A DNA stretch of 64,000 nucleotides. It comes from Candidatus Bathyarchaeota archaeon. GTDB lineage: Archaea > Thermoproteota > Bathyarchaeia > Bathyarchaeales > Bathycorpusculaceae. Numbering within the stretch: the first letter of the stretch is position 1; each line of letters begins with the position of its first letter. Made by a program: the position numbers and the translations under genes. The notes below the pieces were generated by a model that was given only the letters and a program-made list of their open reading frames with translations, searched no databases and was not told the origin of the DNA. Shown piece after piece: positions 60,306 to 64,000 of this stretch. The stretch lies in NCBI GenBank assembly GCA_963707955.1, contig OY970176.1:736001-800000 (forward strand), read 5' to 3'.

Positions 60306-62150
60306 ATGAGCATAGCAAAGCCTCTTCTCGATTATGCTAAGTCGCTTAAACCGCAGAAGGGTTTCGCGCAGTCCTATTCGGCTTTCAAAAGACTCTTGCA
60401 GTATCACAGGAAATACCCTTGGTACATCTCGGCAATAGTTGTTCTTGCACTGATAAGATCCATTCTGTTCTCGATCGAACCATTGTACACCTCCTATATC
60501 ATCATCTACGTCATAGGACCCGGACCCCCCATTAACACCAGTCTGTTGTTGTTCGATTTACTCGTTATCGTACTGGCCGGAATAGGCTACGCCATAACAA
60601 ACTTCATTCTGACTTACGTGCACGGGGTAATGTCCCAGTACATATTGCGAGACATAAGATCCGACTATTACCGTTCGCTTCAGACCAAATCCTTCAGTTT
60701 TTACGATTCTGTAGGCGTTGGAGATTTAACGTCAAGAGCCACAGTGGACCTTCAATTGGTCGACATGTTTCTGAGAACGTGGCTGGGCACCGTTCTCAAC
60801 GCCGTCTTCACAACAATTATCATCATTGTGATAATCCTCCCAATAAGCCCAATCATGACCCTGATCTCCATGGCCACGATGCCGCTCATCTTCTATTTCA
60901 CAATGCGCCTATGGGTAGACACGATGCCCCTGTTCAGAAACATGCAGCTAATCATGGGGAGATTAACTTCATACATACAGCAAAACATCGTCGGAATGAA
61001 AACAATCAGGATATTCCGCCGAGAAAGAGACGTCGTTGACGGATTCAAAGGGGTAGAAGACATATACGTCAACACCGCAATCACCGCGGGCAAAATTCAG
61101 TCAATCTACATGCCACTCGGTCCAGCAATACTCACGCTTGGAGCAGCCTTGGTCTACGTGTACGCAGGAATTACGCTGGGTGTCCCCGCCTTGGCGGTTG
61201 TCCAAATTGGCTACTTGATTCTCTTTGTCAGATACATGTTGAGAATGACCTTTCCCATAAGGGACGCGAGCCAGACGTTGGGCACGTGGGTTGCGGCTTC
61301 CGCTGGACTGGAAAGAGTCCAAGAAATGATTGATGCTCCAAGAAACGTTGAAGACTTGCCTAACGCCAGAGACGTTAGGATAGAAAAAGGAAAACTTGAG
61401 CTGGAAAACGTCACGTTTGGGTATGTGAAAGACAAGCCTGTGCTAAATAACGTCACTTTTACGGTGCAGCCAGGTGAAAAAATAGCGATACTGGGCGCAA
61501 CAGGGTCCGGAAAGAGTTCTTTGATATACCTAATCCCAAGGTTTTACGACATTCAGGCGGGCAGCATAAGGATAGATGGCAAGGACATCCGCGAATTCAA
61601 GCTGACTTCCCTTAGGCGGCAGATAGGCGTAGTGCTGCAGGACGTTTTCCTGTTTTCTGGAACGATGAGGGAGAATATTGCCTTCGGTAAGCCTGACGCC
61701 TCGATGGATGAAATAGTGCAAGCTGCTAAGTCAGCCAAAATACACGATTTCATTGAATCCCTTCCATCTGGTTACGACACACCTGTTGGGGAAAGGGGGG
61801 TCACGCTTTCGGGGGGCCAGAAGCAGAGGATAACCATAGCGAGAGCACTCGTGGGCAACCCGAGGATGCTGATAATGGACGATTCGCTCTCCTTTGTGGA
61901 CGCAAAGACTGAGCAAGAAATTCAATCTGCAATAGAAGAAGCAACAAAGACAAGGACAACCCTCATAATAGCGCAGAGATTCTCAACGATAAAAACGGCT
62001 AAGAAGATACTGGTCCTTGAGAACGGTTCAGTAGCGGAATTTGGCACACATGAGGAGCTGATGGCAAGAGATGGCGTTTACAAGAAGGTCTATGAAACCC
62101 AGTTTGTCCAAAAAGCTTCACCCATCCTACGGGAAGCAGGTGGTTCCTAG
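60306..62150 (+). CDS. Heterodimeric ABC exporter half-transporter (TMD-NBD) with degenerate catalytic residues
   Basis: GATGSGKS and LSGGQKQR; Walker B IMDD and AQR instead of DE and HR. Confidence 0.93.
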   Translation: MSIAKPLLDYAKSLKPQKGFAQSYSAFKRLLQYHRKYPWYISAIVVLALIRSILFSIEPLYTSYIIIYVIGPGPPINTSLLLFDLLVIVLAGIGYAITNFILTYVHGVMSQYILRDIRSDYYRSLQTKSFSFYDSVGVGDLTSRATVDLQLVDMFLRTWLGTVLNAVFTTIIIIVIILPISPIMTLISMATMPLIFYFTMRLWVDTMPLFRNMQLIMGRLTSYIQQNIVGMKTIRIFRRERDVVDGFKGVEDIYVNTAITAGKIQSIYMPLGPAILTLGAALVYVYAGITLGVPALAVVQIGYLILFVRYMLRMTFPIRDASQTLGTWVAASAGLERVQEMIDAPRNVEDLPNARDVRIEKGKLELENVTFGYVKDKPVLNNVTFTVQPGEKIAILGATGSGKSSLIYLIPRFYDIQAGSIRIDGKDIREFKLTSLRRQIGVVLQDVFLFSGTMRENIAFGKPDASMDEIVQAAKSAKIHDFIESLPSGYDTPVGERGVTLSGGQKQRITIARALVGNPRMLIMDDSLSFVDAKTEQEIQSAIEEATKTRTTLIIAQRFSTIKTAKKILVLENGSVAEFGTHEELMARDGVYKKVYETQFVQKASPILREAGGS

Positions 62151-63211
62151 TGTCAGGTTCGTACGGAACTTTCTCGACGAAAGAGGAAGAGAGAAGAAAA
62201 AGAACTGTCCCTGATCGGGTGTTGATCAGAAGAGTGTACGAGTACGCTCAAGCCAACAAACGAAACCTGCGAATCGGCGTTGCCGCTACGATAGCCGGCG
62301 CCTTCACCGGCCTAGCTGCCCCCTACATGCACGCGATAGCCATCGACAATATAATAACGCTGAAGAACCTTTCGGCCTTCATATGGTGGATCCCCCTGTT
62401 CGCCGCTATCATTCTAGGCAACTATCTGTTCCAGTACATCCAAACCTATCAAATGCGTGTAGTGGGAGAAAAAGTGGTTGCAAAGATGCGGGACGACATG
62501 ATGGAAAAACTGCAGGTCATCTCCCTCAAGTATTTTTCAGAAGGCGAAGCTGGAAGAATCATCTCCCGCCCGACCAACGACGCCAACACCGTCAGAATAT
62601 TCATCAGAGTTGGATTAACGAGCATTCTGGTAGACATCTCCTCGATACTAGGCGCCTTCGCAATTATGTTTTATCTTGACCTTCGACTGTCACTTCTGGC
62701 CATCTCGGTTCTGCCCGTGGCCATAGTGCTGGTCTGGTACCTCGGAAAATACTCAAGAGCTGCTTACAGGAGAACGTTAATCACGACTTCAGGGTTGACG
62801 GCAAGGTTACAGGAAGACTTGGCAGGCATGAAAGTCACCCAAGCTTACGCGCAGGAGAAAGAGACAGAAAAGAAGTTCCTAAGAAGTCAAGACGAAAACG
62901 TCAAGGCTACGATTAGAGCCATCCTCATAGGCTCGTCGTACACGCCGTTTGTGATGGCACTGAGGCTGGCTGGAACTATGATAATCCTGTTCTTCGGCGT
63001 CTACGCTTTGTTGGCCGGAACGATCTCGTTGGGAATTCTTGTAGCCTTTATCGAGTATCAGTTCTCATATTTCATGCCGCTGGTTGACCTTGTGACCATG
63101 TACGACCAGTACCAGTCGACGATGTCTGCGATTGAAAGAATGTTCGATGTGATAGATACGAAAGTCGAAGTCGTGGACGCACCGCCTGAAAGGAGTATCG
63201 CATTGCAATGA
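62150..63211 (+). CDS. ABC exporter partner subunit, transmembrane domain
   Basis: Six-TM exporter TMD; ends in the TMD-NBD linker. Confidence 0.85.
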   Translation: MSGSYGTFSTKEEERRKRTVPDRVLIRRVYEYAQANKRNLRIGVAATIAGAFTGLAAPYMHAIAIDNIITLKNLSAFIWWIPLFAAIILGNYLFQYIQTYQMRVVGEKVVAKMRDDMMEKLQVISLKYFSEGEAGRIISRPTNDANTVRIFIRVGLTSILVDISSILGAFAIMFYLDLRLSLLAISVLPVAIVLVWYLGKYSRAAYRRTLITTSGLTARLQEDLAGMKVTQAYAQEKETEKKFLRSQDENVKATIRAILIGSSYTPFVMALRLAGTMIILFFGVYALLAGTISLGILVAFIEYQFSYFMPLVDLVTMYDQYQSTMSAIERMFDVIDTKVEVVDAPPERSIALQ

Positions 63212-63963
63212 TAGAAGAAGTGGTATTTGAAAACGTCAATTTCGCGTACGATGTCGATGTCCCAGTTTTAAAGAACATCAACTTCACCCTGAAACGCAAC
63301 ATGAAACTCGCGATCGTCGGCCAGACAGGCGCGGGAAAAAGCACGATAATCAACCTGCTCGCCAGATTCTACGACCCAGGCGAAGGCAGAATCCTCATCA
63401 ATGGGCATGACATAAGAGACATCCCGCTTGCTTCGTTGAGAAGCCACATTAGCATAGTGCTGCAGGACTCGTTTCTCTTTTCACTTTCCATAAAGGAAAA
63501 CATAAGGTTCGGGAAACTTGAAGCGTCAGACCAAGAAGTCGTAGAAGCAGCAAAATCCATCGGTGCCCACGATTTCATAATGAAACTTCCCAACGACTAC
63601 GACTACGTCATACAGGAAGGGTCTTCAAACATATCCATAGGTCAAAGACAACTAATAAGCTTCGCCAGAACACTACTCGCAAATCCCGAAATCCTAGTGC
63701 TGGACGAGGCAACATCTTCAGTTGACGCCTACACCGAACTGGTGATCCAGAGAGCCTTAAAGAGACTGATGCAAAACAGAATGACGATAATAATCGCGCA
63801 TCGACTCTCAACAATCAGACTGTGCGACGAAATCCTAACGATCGATCACGGCGAAATCGTGGAAAGAGGCACGCATGAACAGCTCATGCACCAGAAAGGA
63901 TTGTACAGCTCATTCTACAGACTGCAATTCAGAGAAGAAACAGGAGCCGCCACACCACAATAG
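63208..63963 (+). CDS. ABC exporter partner subunit, ATP-binding domain
   Basis: GQTGAGKS, ISIGQRQ, LDEATS and IAHRLST; ATGA overlap with the TMD ORF. Confidence 0.85.
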   Translation: MIEEVVFENVNFAYDVDVPVLKNINFTLKRNMKLAIVGQTGAGKSTIINLLARFYDPGEGRILINGHDIRDIPLASLRSHISIVLQDSFLFSLSIKENIRFGKLEASDQEVVEAAKSIGAHDFIMKLPNDYDYVIQEGSSNISIGQRQLISFARTLLANPEILVLDEATSSVDAYTELVIQRALKRLMQNRMTIIIAHRLSTIRLCDEILTIDHGEIVERGTHEQLMHQKGLYSSFYRLQFREETGAATPQ

Positions 63964-64000
63964 TCTATGCGGGCAATTGAAGAGATAAGCGTGAGGCCAT

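Noticed and set aside
1-64000. CRISPR array, rRNA, transposase or integrase
   Set aside because: No regularly spaced repeats or recognisable motifs found by eye; short MITEs could have been missed

Overview
Archaeal chromosomal window, most consistent with Bathyarchaeia (TACK). This is an inference from the class I CCA-adding enzyme, DUF54, DUF2096, HdrA-MvhD fusions, GGTGA-type ribosome-binding sites and TATA promoters. The first ~35 kb is mostly housekeeping and transport: an RNA-metabolism cluster, uppP, an ABC exporter, tupABC with ModE, peptidase and epimerase genes, thrC, a catalytic-only ThrRS, grpE-dnaK-dnaJ and rubrerythrin. From ~36 to 58 kb there is an accessory-looking region with two systems of interest. 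(1) Menaquinone tailoring genes (menG, menA, polyprenyl synthase), an ArsR-V4R regulator, hdrB, a frameshifted hdrC, proline dehydrogenase and two HdrA-MvhD fusions, one of which has lost every MvhD cysteine. (2) Three intact genes and one decayed relic of a PadR-wHTH / methyltransferase-fold fusion regulator, plus a ~45-bp promoter element found four times at a nearly fixed distance from start codons. The element lies upstream of one regulator, a surface glycoprotein, a GT2 glycosyltransferase and an unannotated 47-aa ORF, and is the best candidate for an undescribed regulon. Also seen: a probable internal start making a free Mop protein from modE, a Met-rich DUF2769-like protein, and several frameshift or nonsense lesions. 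No rRNA, complete tRNA, CRISPR array or transposase was recognised. Family assignments come from recalled motifs, not database searches.
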